Notes under the pieces: generated by a model
The model's input: the letters and a program-made list of their open reading frames with translations, nothing else
Told to the model about the DNA's origin: nothing
The model's database searches: none
Shown here: positions 27,537 to 41,164 of the stretch, piece by piece
Layout of the letters: the number at the start of each line of letters is the position of its first letter
Numbering within the stretch: the first letter of the stretch is position 1
DNA from: Nitrospirales bacterium
GTDB lineage: Bacteria; Nitrospirota; Nitrospiria; Nitrospirales; UBA8639
Reading direction: 5' to 3'
NCBI GenBank assembly: GCA_965203295.1
Contig: CBDBCZ010000006.1
Location: forward strand, 20,087 to 84,086
Length of the DNA stretch: 64,000 bases
Program-made: the position numbers and the translations under genes

Positions 27537-28720
27537 AACCTCTTCTATTTATATCCCGGAAATTCTAATTCTAATTTAGAGCCAATTTGATCTTGTTGAT
27601 TTGTATTACCAAATGAGGATTTAAACAAAATGTTTAAACTTCTTGATGAACAAAAGACAAAAGTGATTAATAGAGCAAAAGCATACAAGTGTGCAGTATA
27701 ATAATTACTACGCATGTTCTTCATAATATTACGATTCTTCGTCTTCATACTCCTGAGCTGTGTCGTCGTCTTCATTGCTGTTGTCAAGCACTCTCTTAAC
27801 TTTCCCCATTATGGAGAATGAGTCCTTCGCAACCACGACAACATCTCTGCAAGCACTCAGGATACCAGCAGCTGCACCTGAAGAAGAATAAAACACAGAC
27901 ATTGAAATTTCAAGGCTGACAAAGTAACATTGAAACTTTCAATACCAGCAAAGTAAAAGTAGCTACCATTGAAATTTCAAGACTGGCAAAGTACCCTTTG
28001 ATATTTCAAGACTGGCAAAGTACCTTTGAAATTTCAAGACTGGCAAAATACCCTTGAAATTTCAAGACCGTCAAAATTACATTGAAATTTCAAGACTGGC
28101 AAAGTAGCTACCTTTGAAATTTCAAGACTGGCAAAGTACCCTTGAAATTTCAAGACTGGCAAAGTAACTTTGAAATTTCAAGACTGGCAAAGTACCCTTG
28201 AAATTTCAGGACTGGCAAAGTAACTTTAAAATTTTAAGACTTGCAAAGTACCCTTGAAATTTCAAGACTGGCAAAGTAATTTTGAAATTTCAAGACTGGC
28301 AAAGTACCCTTGAAATTTCAAGACTGGCAAAGTGACTTTGAAATTTCAAGACTGGCAAAGTACCCTTGAAATTTCAAGACTGGCAAAGTAACTTTGAAAT
28401 TTCAAGACTGGCAAAGTACCCTTGAAATTTCGTTTCAAGACCAGCAAAATAATATTGAAATTACAAGACTGGCAAAATAACATTGAAATTTCAAGACCGG
28501 TAAAGATTTTAAGACCAGCAAAGTAACATCGAAAATTCAAGACAGGTACTACATGTTTTTCATACAGGCAAAAGTAATTTCAAGCCAAACAATAGGCATA
28601 AAACTACGTGTACAAACTGAGTGAGTACGTATGTACCTTCTGAAGCATTCAGCAAAAGAACTTGGTCCTTCTTTTCGGACAACAAAGACACGAGCTCGTT
28701 TGTGAAAGTCCCTATATCTC
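27537..28720. mobile_element. 1.18-kb unclassified insertion flanked by TAA
   Basis: TAA occurs at 27534-27536 and 28721-28723, and removing the insertion restores the ApoL frame. I see no terminal inverted repeat. Confidence 0.65.
27901..28545. repeat. 28-bp minisatellite (about 23 units)
   Basis: Unit TTGAAATTTCAAGACTGGCAAAGTA(CCC/ACT), containing the palindrome TTGAAATTTCAA. Confidence 0.95.
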
Positions 28721-29512
28721 TAAGTGGTGCATCTGCTGCTGTTGCGGGTAGTACCATGGCCATCATTGGCTTTGGGTTGAGCTTCGTAACGTTTGGTGCA
28801 AGCCTAGGCCTCACCATTGCGGGATCAATTGTTGCAGCTTGTGGCGGTGTGACAGAGAGGCGCTGACATCGGTGACTGGCTTGTATCTAAGTCGCAGATG
28901 AAGACAGCCGAAAGGGTGATCAAACGTGACAAAGAATTGTCCTCTACTGTTTGTGAAACAAGTAAGGATTTGGCCACAGCTATTTCACAGCTGAATCGCA
29001 AGTATCCAGCTTTCAAAGAAGATCGGATTTATGGATTGATTTCGAGTGTAGTCAAAAGTGAGTGGTAATATGTATACCTTCAACATACACTGACCTTGGT
29101 CCTGTCCGGCCGTCCCTAGTAGTCAAAATAGTGATAGACTTTTTTACCCCACGCGCGTATACGCAAGCGGGGTTAAGCAATTCGTTTTGTCCCAGAGGAG
29201 GTCCGACAAGCTGCGTATCCTAGCGGTGATTGATGAAGTTCCGCGTGACCTAAAAGGGAGGGGGAAACGATGCACGCAAAATGTTACTATCAACTGCAGT
29301 GTATAGGATAGCCTCGCGCTATGTATAGCAGCTTTTGGAGGTTTGTAGGCCAAACTACAGCAAATGAAGATAGTGTTTTGTTGCCTAGATGGCGAAAACG
29401 CGGTAGGCAGCCGTAAAGAATGAGCTATACAAACAAACTAGTGAATACCAACTGTCTCCGCGAGGGCGGTGGGGTACTTTACCATCTGCTCTTCGCCGCG
29501 GTGGGCGCTTAG

Positions 29513-30377
29513 TAGTCTCGCGAGCCAGCCTACTTTGATCCTCAGCACCGATCGCTTTCGGCCGCATACTAATTAGTGATCGGCACTGCGGAAATTAAGT
29601 GGGCCGGTGTAAGCGCGATTTGGGGACCCCCGGCCCCGCGATATGGGGACCCCGTCCCAAAAACGCTAGCGATGTGAGGACCCCCACAGGCCCTATTTCG
29701 CTAGCGGTACAGGGATCCCGTCAGCGACTTGGGGACCCCTGTACCGCTAACGGTAGTGAGCGATGGGTATAGGTATAAAAGTGGACGCACATTTCCCTTG
29801 TTTTTATCTCGAGTTGTATGTAAGATTTTGTAGTAGCTGTATGTAAACTTTTGCTTTTATGTATATTTATGTTTGGTGTGTTATTTCTTCCATATATATT
29901 CTCATTAGAACATTCTGAACATGTATGAATTTCAAACCCTATATAATATACCTTGCACTAACTCCTGGAGCTGTAGCTAATAGAGGTATGGGATTACAAC
30001 TTGGTTTTGAATGCTCTGTAGATAGACTAGCTGGTGCCTTTCATGTATTTGTGCTGTATATACTTAAACTAACATATTAGAACATGCTGACTCACAAGAC
30101 TTAGTATGAATTCATTGCTACAATACCTTACACTAATAGATGCTTTCATGTTATTTATTCATTGAAGATACGGTGCAGTTAGCGGGATCAGAACAGACAA
30201 TGTAGGGGTCCCTAAATCACTAAAGGATCCCCATATCGCCAGCGTTTCGCGGCCCCTCGGGCCCCATATCGCTAGAGATTTCGGGGACCCCGGTCCCCAT
30301 ATCTCTAGCGATACGGGGACCGGGGGTCCCCATTTCGGGGGGTCCCGATATCGCGCGTACACCGGTTCACGAGACTA
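29513..30377. mobile_element. Academ-type MITE split by a Ginger-like insertion
   Basis: TAGTCTCG...CGAGACTA termini. The 9-bp flanks ggcgcttag and ggcgtttag match at 8/9. Confidence 0.75.
29608..30361. mobile_element. Non-autonomous Ginger1-like DNA transposon
   Basis: TGT...ACA termini, TIRs rich in GGGGACCCC and an exact CCGG target duplication (29604-29607 and 30362-30365). Confidence 0.8.
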
Positions 30378-31320
30378 GGCGTTTAGCAGCCTGCTGTTGC
30401 GTATTTCCTGTCGGGGACAAGCGCTTTCCTGATGAGTGAGGCCTCGTTGCGTCTTTCAGTCATTCTGGAACATCACTCAAGAGACGACAGGATTTTGCCT
30501 CCAAAGGCAACCAAGGTGTCAGAATCGCGAGGGAAAAATAGAGAAGGTGAAGGGTCTGAGAACTAGACAAGTGTATCACACGCAAAGGAAGGCTTACTAC
30601 ACCGCCTAGGTTAGTAGAGTTAGTGCGGTTATTTTGTGACGCCGCAGAGGGCTAGCGCCGTTTATCAAAAGATTATATTGTGACTGTTACAGCAAAACAT
30701 GGAGAACATGTGTCATATAGCAATCAAACTGGGTTCATTTCCTGGATTATGCAATAATGACATCATACTGACGAGGATAGTCTATATACTCGGTCTCTAG
30801 TCTCAGTAGTCTCACAATTTACATGTAGACGGACCGAGCATTGCGAACATGAGGTAATTACATGTAAGCATATATGGTCCATCTTCTGCGCGCGGTAGCC
30901 GGAGTTGATAATTAGGATAGGCCTAAGACTTTTATTTGTAGCCGTTTTGTCACTAGTGGCTGTTCTCGCTACTGGCTGGCAGCATAATAAATAGTTTTCT
31001 GTGACTACAATAACCAGTGGTTATTATCTATATGCCCGCATTTGGAGACAATTGTGCATGGATGACAGTTTATAACAACTGACCTTTTGCTTATATCTGT
31101 GTTGACTAATATTTTGTCACATTGGCTATAAGCTTTGTTTATGTTCCGAATTATCTAGCATAATAGACTAGAATGGAAGCGTAATAGGGATAATTTTGTG
31201 GGAATTGCACATTTTTTTTTAACATAATGTGGACAAGCCTTAGCCCTATACCTTGTTGGGCCTACCCTAATTGCCGTAACGCGACGATTCCGGAAAGTAC
31301 TATGCATACCTAATTCCATG

Positions 31321-33442
31321 CATGCATGTGTCTTGTCATGAACGCTTACAAATAGCAGAAATGCTCCCAATTTTCAAATACAATGGTTTAGCCTATGTAA
31401 TTATTGAAAATGCAGTCGTCAGAAACGCTCACAATGAGCAGAAACCTTCCCGAAATGTAAGTACAATGACATAGCATAAAAACGCATGCATTCGAAATGC
31501 AGTTTATATGTCCTATCAGAAACGCTTACAAATAGTAGAAGCTTTCCGAAAGGTTCAAAATGAGCAGAAACGTGCCCGAATTCCAAACACATTAATTTAG
31601 CCTATAAAAGTATTGAAAATGCAGTTTATGTATGTTGTCACAAACGCTAACATAGAGCAGGAGCGCTCCCGAAATTCAAACACAATTATTATAGTTAGCA
31701 TATAATGGCATTGAAAATGCAGTGTTAATACCGTGTCAGAATCGCTTACGGAGAGCAGAAATGCTCCCGATATATAACCACAATCATTTAGCATATTTAT
31801 AATAATATAAGTGTATTGAAGATTCGGTGGACATTATAATCATGTCAGAAACTTTGAAACAAGTAGCAACGCGACTGAATCTCAAACCATATAAGGGTAT
31901 TTAAAATGCAGTGTACATAACTTGTCAGAAACGTTCATAACAAGTAGAAACGCCCCAAAAATTCAAACACAATGATTGAACATATAATGCTATTGCTAAT
32001 GCAGTGTATATATGTTGTCACAAACACTTACAAAGAGCAGCAACACTCCCAAAATTCAAACACAATGATATAGAGTAAGGCATTGAAAATGTAGTGCATG
32101 TGTTTTGTCAGAAATGCTTACGAAGAGCAGAAACGTTCCCGAAATTTAAAACACAATGCTTCAGCATGATATAATTGTAGTGAAATGCTGTGTATAGTCT
32201 TGTTAGAAACGCTTGAAATGAGCAGAAACGTTCCCAAAGTATAAACGCAATGATTTAGCATACAAGGGTATTGAAAATAAAGTGTATATATCTCGACAGA
32301 AACATGCACAATGAGCAGAAACGTTCCCGAAATTAAAATGCAAAGATTTAGAATAAAATGGTATAAAATGCAGTGTGTTTGTCCTGTCAAAAACGCTGAC
32401 AAAGAGCGAAACTTTCCCCAAAGTCAAACACAGTAATTTTGCCTATAATAATGGTTTTTAAAATGCAGTGCATGTATCGTATCAGAAAATTTTATAAGAG
32501 GTACAATCATTCCCGAAATTGAAACTCAAATATTAGGATATGAAACAAGTATTGGAAGTATGCTGGTTATGTCTCTTATCAGAAGCTCTAAAAAGATGAG
32601 ACGCTCCCAAATTCAAACGCGTCTACATATTAAGTTCATCATACAACCCAGAAAAATTTCTCTCCCTTCTCTTCGTATGCGATGTTGTGTGTCTAACTTA
32701 CTATGTAAAACACATGTACAGGATTGTCCATATACACTAACACAGAATGTATTAAAAAGGTGATTAATTCCTTCAAAAACTGTAAATATGTACAGTTGCT
32801 GTCAGATTGTAAACTATTTGTAGGTATATATCATTTAAATGTCAAGTGTATTATTTATAGCTATTTTCTTCACAGGTTCCCAGAATAGCAAAAGCTCACA
32901 CACTAACCCCTGGGAAGATGCTGTCCCTGTTCAAGGACAATGTTTGTCAGGTACATTAACTTGTAGGCCTTGTCTGCTATTGGATATGACCTTAACTGGG
33001 AATCTTGGTACATGTTTTGCAGTTTCTTGTGGAGGTACTACATCAGAAGAAGGGTTTCATTTTGATGGCAGACAAAAAAGAACCATTCTATCAGGTGCTT
33101 GTGTAGACCTATGAAGACTTCCTCATGTTGTGAAATGCAGAGTTTCCTTGCAAGGTCTTGCAATGTTCTAACATAGCTTTCTTGCAGAATTTTGTAAATT
33201 ATCTAGCAGACTTCTTGCAGGACTCACAAGGATTTTGGCCGCTTCTTGCATGATCTTGCATTTTATTTCTTGCAAGCCCTTGCAAAACTTCTCATCATGC
33301 AACAAAAATCTTGCAAGGTGTTAGAATCTTGTGTTAAAATTTGCGTGACTCATAGAAAAATCCTGCAAGATCTGGTGCAAGAACCTTGCAAGACATTCAT
33401 CTGCTTCCTTATATATTGACTCCAGTTGCCCTGGATAACAAT
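31321..33442 (-). repeat. Left arm of a ~2.1-kb inverted repeat (element terminus plus ~92-bp array)
   Basis: Reverse complement of 41662-43782. Confidence 0.95.
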
Positions 33443-34303
33443 TTCTGCATGCACCGGATTTTCAATGCCTTTTTATGCTACATCATTGTAGTTGAATTTA
33501 TGAATGCTAGCAAAACTAATGCTATAGCAACACCTGTACAGCAAGTAGCTATAATACATTACAATTACAAAAGAATGTGTACTGTACAGTGCATTTACAT
33601 TTTAACTAAAGTGTTTCAAAGATTACATACAAGTTCTGCTGCTTTCACGTTATTTCAGCATGGCCAGCTACGACAGACTGCTAGCTTGTTTGGAGAAATA
33701 CTGTCTTTATAGAGCTAGTTTGTTCACAGAAATCCCGTAGGTACTATTTAGAATGGTCACACAGCATGGGGGGGAGAGAAACAGAAACACTTAGTGACAA
33801 ATGGGGACCCGGGTTACCTGTGAACTTATTGGGTATTTGCAGCGATTAAAAATCTTCGCAGATATTCCCTGTACAATCTCATTCCGGGTCAAGCTGTTCA
33901 GCTGTTTCTCCTCTCCTATCCATATACTGACAGGAAGTTGTAGATCATGTTTTATATACTCCAGCCCTCAGGGTAATATATAACATACAGCACTTCTATA
34001 CATGCATGCAGTCACTAGCATAGCGCGAGAGCCACTTGTTCAATATGGAGGCGTCTCCCGATGAGAGTAGCTAAAGTAGAGGGAGGAGCTGGGTCGTGGG
34101 GGCGGTGCTTATTACGCCACTTCCGCCACGTGTAGCCGGCGACAGTTTCTCAGCGAAGCGACTGTTTTGTTTACAGCATTCCGTCCACTCGGGTAAACCA
34201 AGACAAGTCGGAGAACCGCACAGAGCGATATATACTGTAGTACTGTAGCTACTAGCTAAGCGTCGGTTACCATGCACCCAAAGAACCAATCCGCTTAATA
34301 ATA

Positions 34304-34425
34304 TAACAGATAAACCGCGGTTGCCAGGGATTTATGGCCATAAACAGCCCTCGTCCTCGGGCTTCGCCCTCGGGCTAGGGCAGTTTATGGACCATAAATC
34401 CCTGGCTACCGCGGTTTACCTATTA
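34304..34425. mobile_element. Palindromic MITE
   Basis: Arms AAACCGCGGTTGCCAGGGATTTATGG and CCATAAATCCCTGGCTACCGCGGTTT around a central GGGCTTCGCCC hairpin. Confidence 0.75.
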
Positions 34426-35049
34426 AGTAACACTGCATTTACAATAACATCAATATGCTCAATCATTGTGCTTGAATTTCCGGGACGTTTGTGCTCGTTG
34501 TGAGCGTTTCTGACAAGATGTATACACTGCATTTTATGACCTTTATGATTATGTTAAATCATTGTAGTATTTGAATTTCGGGAATGCTTCTGGTCATTGT
34601 AAGCGTTTTTGACAACATAGACACTCTGTCTACATTTTCAATTCTTTATATGCTTAATCATTGTGTTTGAATTTGGGGAGATATTCTATTCATTGTTAGT
34701 CTTGAGTTTTAGTATTAAGGCCGTGTTTCTCGACTTCATTTACTGTCTGTCTGTTAGTTACCCTTTACATGCTAAATCATTGTGCTTAAATTTTGAGAGT
34801 GTTTCTGCTCTTTGTAAGCGTTTCTGACAAGACGCATGCATCGGATTTTCAATGCCTTTTTATACTACATCATTGTGTTTGAATTTATGAATGCTAGGGT
34901 GGTTCCAAAACTAATGCTATAGCAACATCTGCACAGCAAGTAGCTATACATTACAATTACAAAAGAATGTGTACAGTGCATTTACATTTTAACTAAAGTG
35001 TTTCAAACTAAAGATACAAAAGGACTAAGCCAGGTGGCAGGTAAATAAA

Positions 35050-38000
35050 TGGTACAAACTAACATTTGTCAATATCACTGATGGTGCCAAGTAGTGTTTT
35101 GTTGAACTTTGTCCCAGTTGTTATTCCAAGCAGGAAGCGCTCCATAAAAAAAAAGTGTGTTCATCATACATGGTGTGGGATAGGCAATGTCGAAAACATA
35201 ATACACTGCTATAAGGGCAACAATGGCCTTGTACAGCGAAGGCAACTCAGCCAACAGTTCTTTCTCCGCGACAAGGAAGAACTGCATGCCACCACTGCCA
35301 AACTGAATCAGGTACGGTGTTGAAATGCCACCTGATATCTTGGTATCGAGATCTTCATTATCCTGGTTAAAGGAGAATTAAAAGCAACACATAATGAAAG
35401 TAATTCGAACAAAGAAACTCAAGCCACGCATATACATTGCGAGAGGGCACAGTAAAGATTTGGGGTCATTTACTTATCTTTACTCATTTCAGAGAGAGCT
35501 AATTATTAAAACTCTGAATAGATGTACACTGGTAGTTTGACAAATACACAACATGTTTTCTTGTATATCTATTGCTTAACTTTCAGATAACTAATACACA
35601 ACATTCCAAGGCTCAAAAACACAGATAATCCATTTCATTACGCTTACTTTAAGTTCTGTCAGTAAGTGAACACTGGCATCCTTATTTCTCTTGTCGAGAG
35701 TACAAGTGTATGGATAAAACTGCTAACTAACCATCAGCAGCTTCTTCATTCCCATCCAGCAAATGAAGCTGCGTCTGAATAGCTGCACTTCTTTTACTCT
35801 TTGCATACGTTATGACTTTTGGTGGCCACTTGATCCACTCAGCCGCCAATTTTTCTTCGGGATCACCACGGAGACCAGTGATCTGGATGAAGTCATTGAT
35901 GAGCTGTATAAAGGAATATACAAATGAATTTTTAGGTGGATTTATTTTATATTGTAACATATGAGGCATCGTACCGAGTGGGAATCTCAAATGTGACTTT
36001 CCAGAGCACTTGCTGGTCACACACATTTGTTGCCACCTCCCAAAAAATGCCCCAAAACAAGTTACAGAAAAGCAGGTAGGGATGGTAGCTATGCATTGCG
36101 CTGTGATGTGCGGGTGTATGTGCATGTGTTGTGGTGTGCATTGCTGCTTGTTTCATTGGTTTTGGGGAAGCGTTTTTTGGTGGAAGTGCATCCCTACATG
36201 ACTAGATTTTGCACTTTTTAGCAAAGTGCTAGTAAATGCAGGGCAATGTAGGGGGAGTCTGAGTGACAAGTGGCTACAATGACCGTTACAGTAAAATTGT
36301 TGCAGTAGCATCATTGCATCTGGATCCCACATTAAAGAAACGATCTCAGCCTGGTATAATCATAGATGTGCAGTGATACCAATAGACTGATATGCATGTG
36401 ATAATAATCAATACATGAACAAATAACTCCAAAGCTTCGGTGTTGACTTGCTTGGTACATATATTTATAGCACAGTGTACACATGCTGTTGAACAGTCCT
36501 CAGATCACAGTAACTGAGAGGACATTAGTTCACTCATCAATGTGAGTACACGGGACATACCTTTACACTTCCCCCAAAAAACAACAAAACAAGCACCAGA
36601 AGGCATGCACAGACTACGCACATATCACAGTGCGATGCATTTACCGCGTACCTACCATCCCTACATCTTTCCAACCACACCCACCACAAACCGTACCACA
36701 CCCCCTTACACAGCACCCTTCAACACACACCACCATCCACAATTATCACCACCTCTCACCATCCCACAACCACCCTCACATCCTCATCCACAACGATTAA
36801 ATACTTCACAAAACAACACCCCACACTACAAACTAACCCAGACCTCCACAGCACCACTGTACTCAGCTAAACCTCGCATCAATCCCTTCTGCCTAAATTT
36901 AATAGCTGAGTACGAGGCTAATAGAAATCACTAGTAAGCAAGATTTATACCTCAAAGTACTTCACAGTCTTCGGAGTTGACACCATGGGAATGAATATCC
37001 AGTCTGGGGAAGTACAGCAAGCACACAAGCAAAAGTAAGTAAGGGGCAGGTAGTTAACAGGATGCTCGCAAGTACATAAACCGAAAACATACCCACCCAC
37101 ATAAATGTGATATAATACTAATCTAAATATGGTCAGAGAAATTACGTCTCCGGTTAGTTCAAGAATAGGACAGTATTGGATACAAATGCTACTCCTCGGA
37201 CAGTTGCAAGTTAAGTTAGTAGTTGCCAACACTGACTTAGCATACAGAATTGTATGACAAAAGTGTGGTATACCAGCACATACTTTCCGGGACCAACAGC
37301 TCCAAGTTCTCCTAGACACCTCCCAAAATCTTCTCGAAGCTCAATACTAGTGGCTCGCGGACCTTTAGAAACTGAGGACAAAGCAGCAATTTCAAGAACA
37401 AAACGTCAAGTATGGACTATGTCAGATAGACATAATTGCACTTCTTCATGAAGCGAAATCAACTTACTCTTATTACAATCTCTGTAATGATTGGATCAAC
37501 GGTGTCACTTCCTACCATGCACTTCTCCAACTCTGCCTGTATGAACAGAGCAGGAATTGTTTTAAAGCTTACATGAACATGCACTGTATGTACAGTTCAT
37601 ATATTGATAATAATACAAATAACTAAATACTGCACTAACTCGATTGGATCTCAACAGTCTGTGTAGTGCTTTCAATGCATCCATTCTCATGTCAGAACGC
37701 CCATGGCATGCCCCTCTTAGGACATGTTGTAGTTGCTGGTGAAGGCTGGAAAAGGATAGTAGCAACTATATAGGTTAATGCACGATTTAAGTCCAGCCAA
37801 CTCATTCAGCGCATGCTCCTACAATATTATGGGTTCTAGTGCAAATAGTAGTAGTGGTTTATATCAACAGCAGCTTACTAAGCTCCATTACACTGTTCCT
37901 TCTAGCTTCCACGTACAAACCTCCAATTAGAATTGATGTAGCTATAATTAACAGCTGTACAAACCAAGTGAATGCAAAGCATTGCGTAGCCTCGTAAAAG

Positions 38001-38600
38001 TTTTAAAAGTTGAATTGGATCATGGATATGTCATATGTGAACTGAAATGTTGTATTGAATCATGGATCCAAACAATATGTAGCATGTGGGCCGCACGCAT
38101 GCATAAACATATGTACACACACATATGTACACACGTATGTATGCACTGAGAAATTCTCAATTGAACACACTAGTGTGAATAACAATCCGTGACCTCATTT
38201 CCTGCTTCTACCTATGACATCCCATTCACATGAACACTTCTGTCCTGGAACAAGATACCTTTTTGATGTATACGAGTGTTTCCTAAGCTCAGTGTTGATG
38301 CAAGCAAGAGACAGCACATCTGGCATGAAGTAGATCTCATCAAAGAAAGACCCAAGAACCTCTCTGAAAAAATTAAAACAGCAAATACTGAAACACATAC
38401 ATGGCATTTTATCTAGTGCTATTTTTGGTGAAGTTCCTCGAATATCAAGTACTCACTTGTTCTGAATTATAAGAAAATCAAAGATTTTTGATACAGTTGC
38501 TGAGTGGTGATCAGCAAAAGGAGAGAGTGTAACCACTATCTGACCAAACAAGGGACCCAAGGATTCCAGGTCCACACTAGAGGGAAACAAAGAACACCAT
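35050..38600 (-). mobile_element. Decayed multi-exon genes of a CACTA/EnSpm (CMC)-like element, with a SAMD3-like accessory ORF
   Basis: Exons LINDFIQITG...AEWIKWPPKVITYA and PYLIQFG..QFFLVAEKELL...AIVALIAVYYVFDIAYP. The YYVF.I.YP motif is typical of SAMD3-like ORFs in animal EnSpm elements. Confidence 0.55.
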
Positions 38601-40122
38601 ACTCTTAAAATCATGACGTTATTGTACTTTACGTATAAAGATTACATAGTCAAGTGTGGTATAGTAACAGCGTCATCGCGCCATGGGGAATCCTTTTTGG
38701 AATAGTTCCCATCCTTCTATAAGGGAATTATGGGGTATGCCCCACAGCAAATTATTACAAAACAACTGGCCAAAGATTGAATCTGGTGGGTTTTGGTAGC
38801 TTAGCCGACTACCACAAGTTTGTGTCCAAACCACAGCACAGTAACATGTGTCAGCGCAGCTAAAACTAGAAGCGTTTATGTAGGTGTTGCGAGTACAATT
38901 GATCAGGTGCCATTGTACCTTGTTTTAATGCAGCATAATTTTTCAAACTCCTAAGGGCTATGAAGGGAAGTCAGCCCCCCCCCCCCCCCCCCCTCACCCC
39001 CCCATGTATGAAACCATGCTAATAATTGGCACAAGTCATGTTCAGTGGTAACCGGATGTCTACAAAAGAGACTAGTGTTTCCATTTAAAAGTAGTAGAAA
39101 TGAGTAATTCTTAGCCACACAGAACTATACAGAGAACTCACTGTATTTGAACTCGACTTTAGCATCTCAAGGGTAGGTAGCAAGTCTGCCAGATCTGCTA
39201 CCTACCCTTGAGATGCTACCTTCTCAGCTCATTTTGAGTGTTATTTCAGCTGAGAAGTTGAGTGAAACACCCAAGGATCAAACAGCTTTACAAACAGGAC
39301 AGGGCAAACTAATGCAACTGCAGACTAAATGTACATGTACATATAACAGGCTAAGGCTGAGATTTGTTGTACACTTGCAGTTAACAGCTGTAACCTACTA
39401 AAACAGGATTAGCATGGCTGTCTAGGACTAAACTTGCTGTAGTTTGGACTACAAACCTTTCAAAACTACTGGTAGACTACGTACATGCACAGTTGCATAG
39501 AATGTGTGTTAAGTGCGGAAATACAGACACCAAACAGACAGACAGACAAAAAAATGCAGAAAACTTGAAGGCATCATACGCTTTGAATGAACCCAGCTGG
39601 TAAAAAGCACTACAACTTGAAACAACAAAGAGAGGACAGTATGAATTAGTTCTGCTATACAGTGGTCTAGGCACACGATACTAGATGTAGAAAGAAATGT
39701 ACAGAAATACATGTACATTTATGTAGGAAACCTTGCGAATAGTTGTGATACAGGGATCTCAATCCTTCGTATTGTAAGTCTGAATATTATTGAGAAGTTG
39801 AAAATATTTCCGAAAAAGAGCTTCCAGAAATTGAAACTTCCTTGAACTAGCAGCGACTAACCACACAAGACAGCCACTCAGTGCATTGCAAAAACAATAT
39901 TTCCATGAGGTAATTGTCAATGAGACCTGTTGTGAAGCTTCGTGTGAAGTTGGCATTCTGAACTTCATATACAATCCACTCATAAAGCTATAAGCATTCA
40001 TGAGCCTTCATGAAGCTCATGTAGACACATGCAATTGAGTGCAATGTATACCATCCTTCGAGAAATATGTATGTGTACACATCTCTGAAGTTCATGTACA
40101 CATAGAGTAAGTTACTGATGAT

Positions 40123-41164
40123 CAGACACGCTAGCGCTGAGCATGTAAACTATCGGAAGTGGGCTGAGCACTCACTTGACAGTACAGAACCTTCGCACTT
40201 CAAGTTGAAATTTTGGTGTTCCTTCGTTGTTTGGCTTCCAAAGTTTGAATTCTGACAAAGCTATGATCAGACAAATGTATGTATTATTGGACTTCATTCC
40301 ATGTTTCCTCCCTGAAGTAACTTCCAGTGACCTTTCTTTATATATTGGGAAGCCCCACTACTATGCTGCTGCACGCCAACCTTTTGCCATCGTAGCTGCT
40401 TTGAGCACTGAGGGGTGCTGCTGAATGTAGAGACGTACGTGTCACTCTCTCCACTATCGGACAGTGAATTTGTTTCTTTTTCGGTGTAGAGACCCCACAA
40501 CACTCTCTAGTGCTAGGATGGGAATGTACAGACACTTAGAAACACAAAAGTTCAAGTCTGTTGTTTATACGTTGTGTCCTTCCTGAGATAGAACTGTTTT
40601 ATCTGATTTCATCCACTAAAAGCCTTAATTCAGCATCATAAGTTTTAAAATAAATGACTCTATCTCTCTCTATCTCGAGAACCATGCAATGTATAAACAT
40701 CGGGCTTGCACTGTTGTGATGCTAAGCACCTGTACTTAACAACAATATCCAATTCCTTAGTGTTATAGAGAGTGTTTTTGGGTCTCTACACCAAACAAAG
40801 ACGAAATTCTCTGTCCGACTACAGAGAGGGTGATACGGCTCTACATTCAGCAGCACCCCTCCCTGCTCAAAGCAGATACCATGGCGAAAAGTTGGCATGC
40901 AGCAGTATGGTAGTGGGGCTTCCAAATAAGGAAGGAAGGTCACACGAAGTTACTTTAGGGAAGAAACATGGAACGGAGTCCAACAATACATACATTTGTC
41001 TGATCATAGCTTTGTCAGAATTTAAACCTTGAAGGGTTATAGCTCCAGAACCAAGCAAGACGGAACACCAAACTTTCAATCAAAATTAATGTGAACGGTC
41101 TGTACTAGCGATCGAAGCCTCTGCTCACTTCCGGGAATTTATGGATTCAGTGCTAGCGCGTCTG
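40123..41164. mobile_element. Foldback element with ~380-bp imperfect inverted arms
   Basis: 40123-40500 is the reverse complement of ~40775-41164 (CAGACACGCTAGC / GCTAGCGCGTCTG). No target duplication seen. Confidence 0.8.

Larger units (their letters stand above)
27365..29057 (+). pseudogene. Apolipoprotein-L-like gene, N-terminal exon, disrupted by an insertion and a frameshift
   Basis: MSDLIK...YHDRTIAK joins (V)SGASAAVAGSTMAIIGFGLSFVTFGASLGLTIAGSIVAACGGVT when 27537-28723 is removed. After a frameshift at ~28856 it continues GADIGDWLVSK...SSVVK to a GTGAGT donor. Confidence 0.75.

Noticed and set aside
27901..28545. CRISPR-like look of 28-bp palindromic repeats containing TTGAAA
   Set aside because: The units are head-to-tail with no unique spacers, there are no cas genes and the context is eukaryotic.
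32839..33114. ORF MSSVLFIAIFF... and its copies at 41910-42257 and 46905-47090
   Set aside because: Its recurrence reflects the DNA duplication, and splice signals favour a different frame.
36542..36934. 130-aa Pro/His/Thr-rich ORF
   Set aside because: It comes from low-complexity C/A-rich sequence and has no domain signal.
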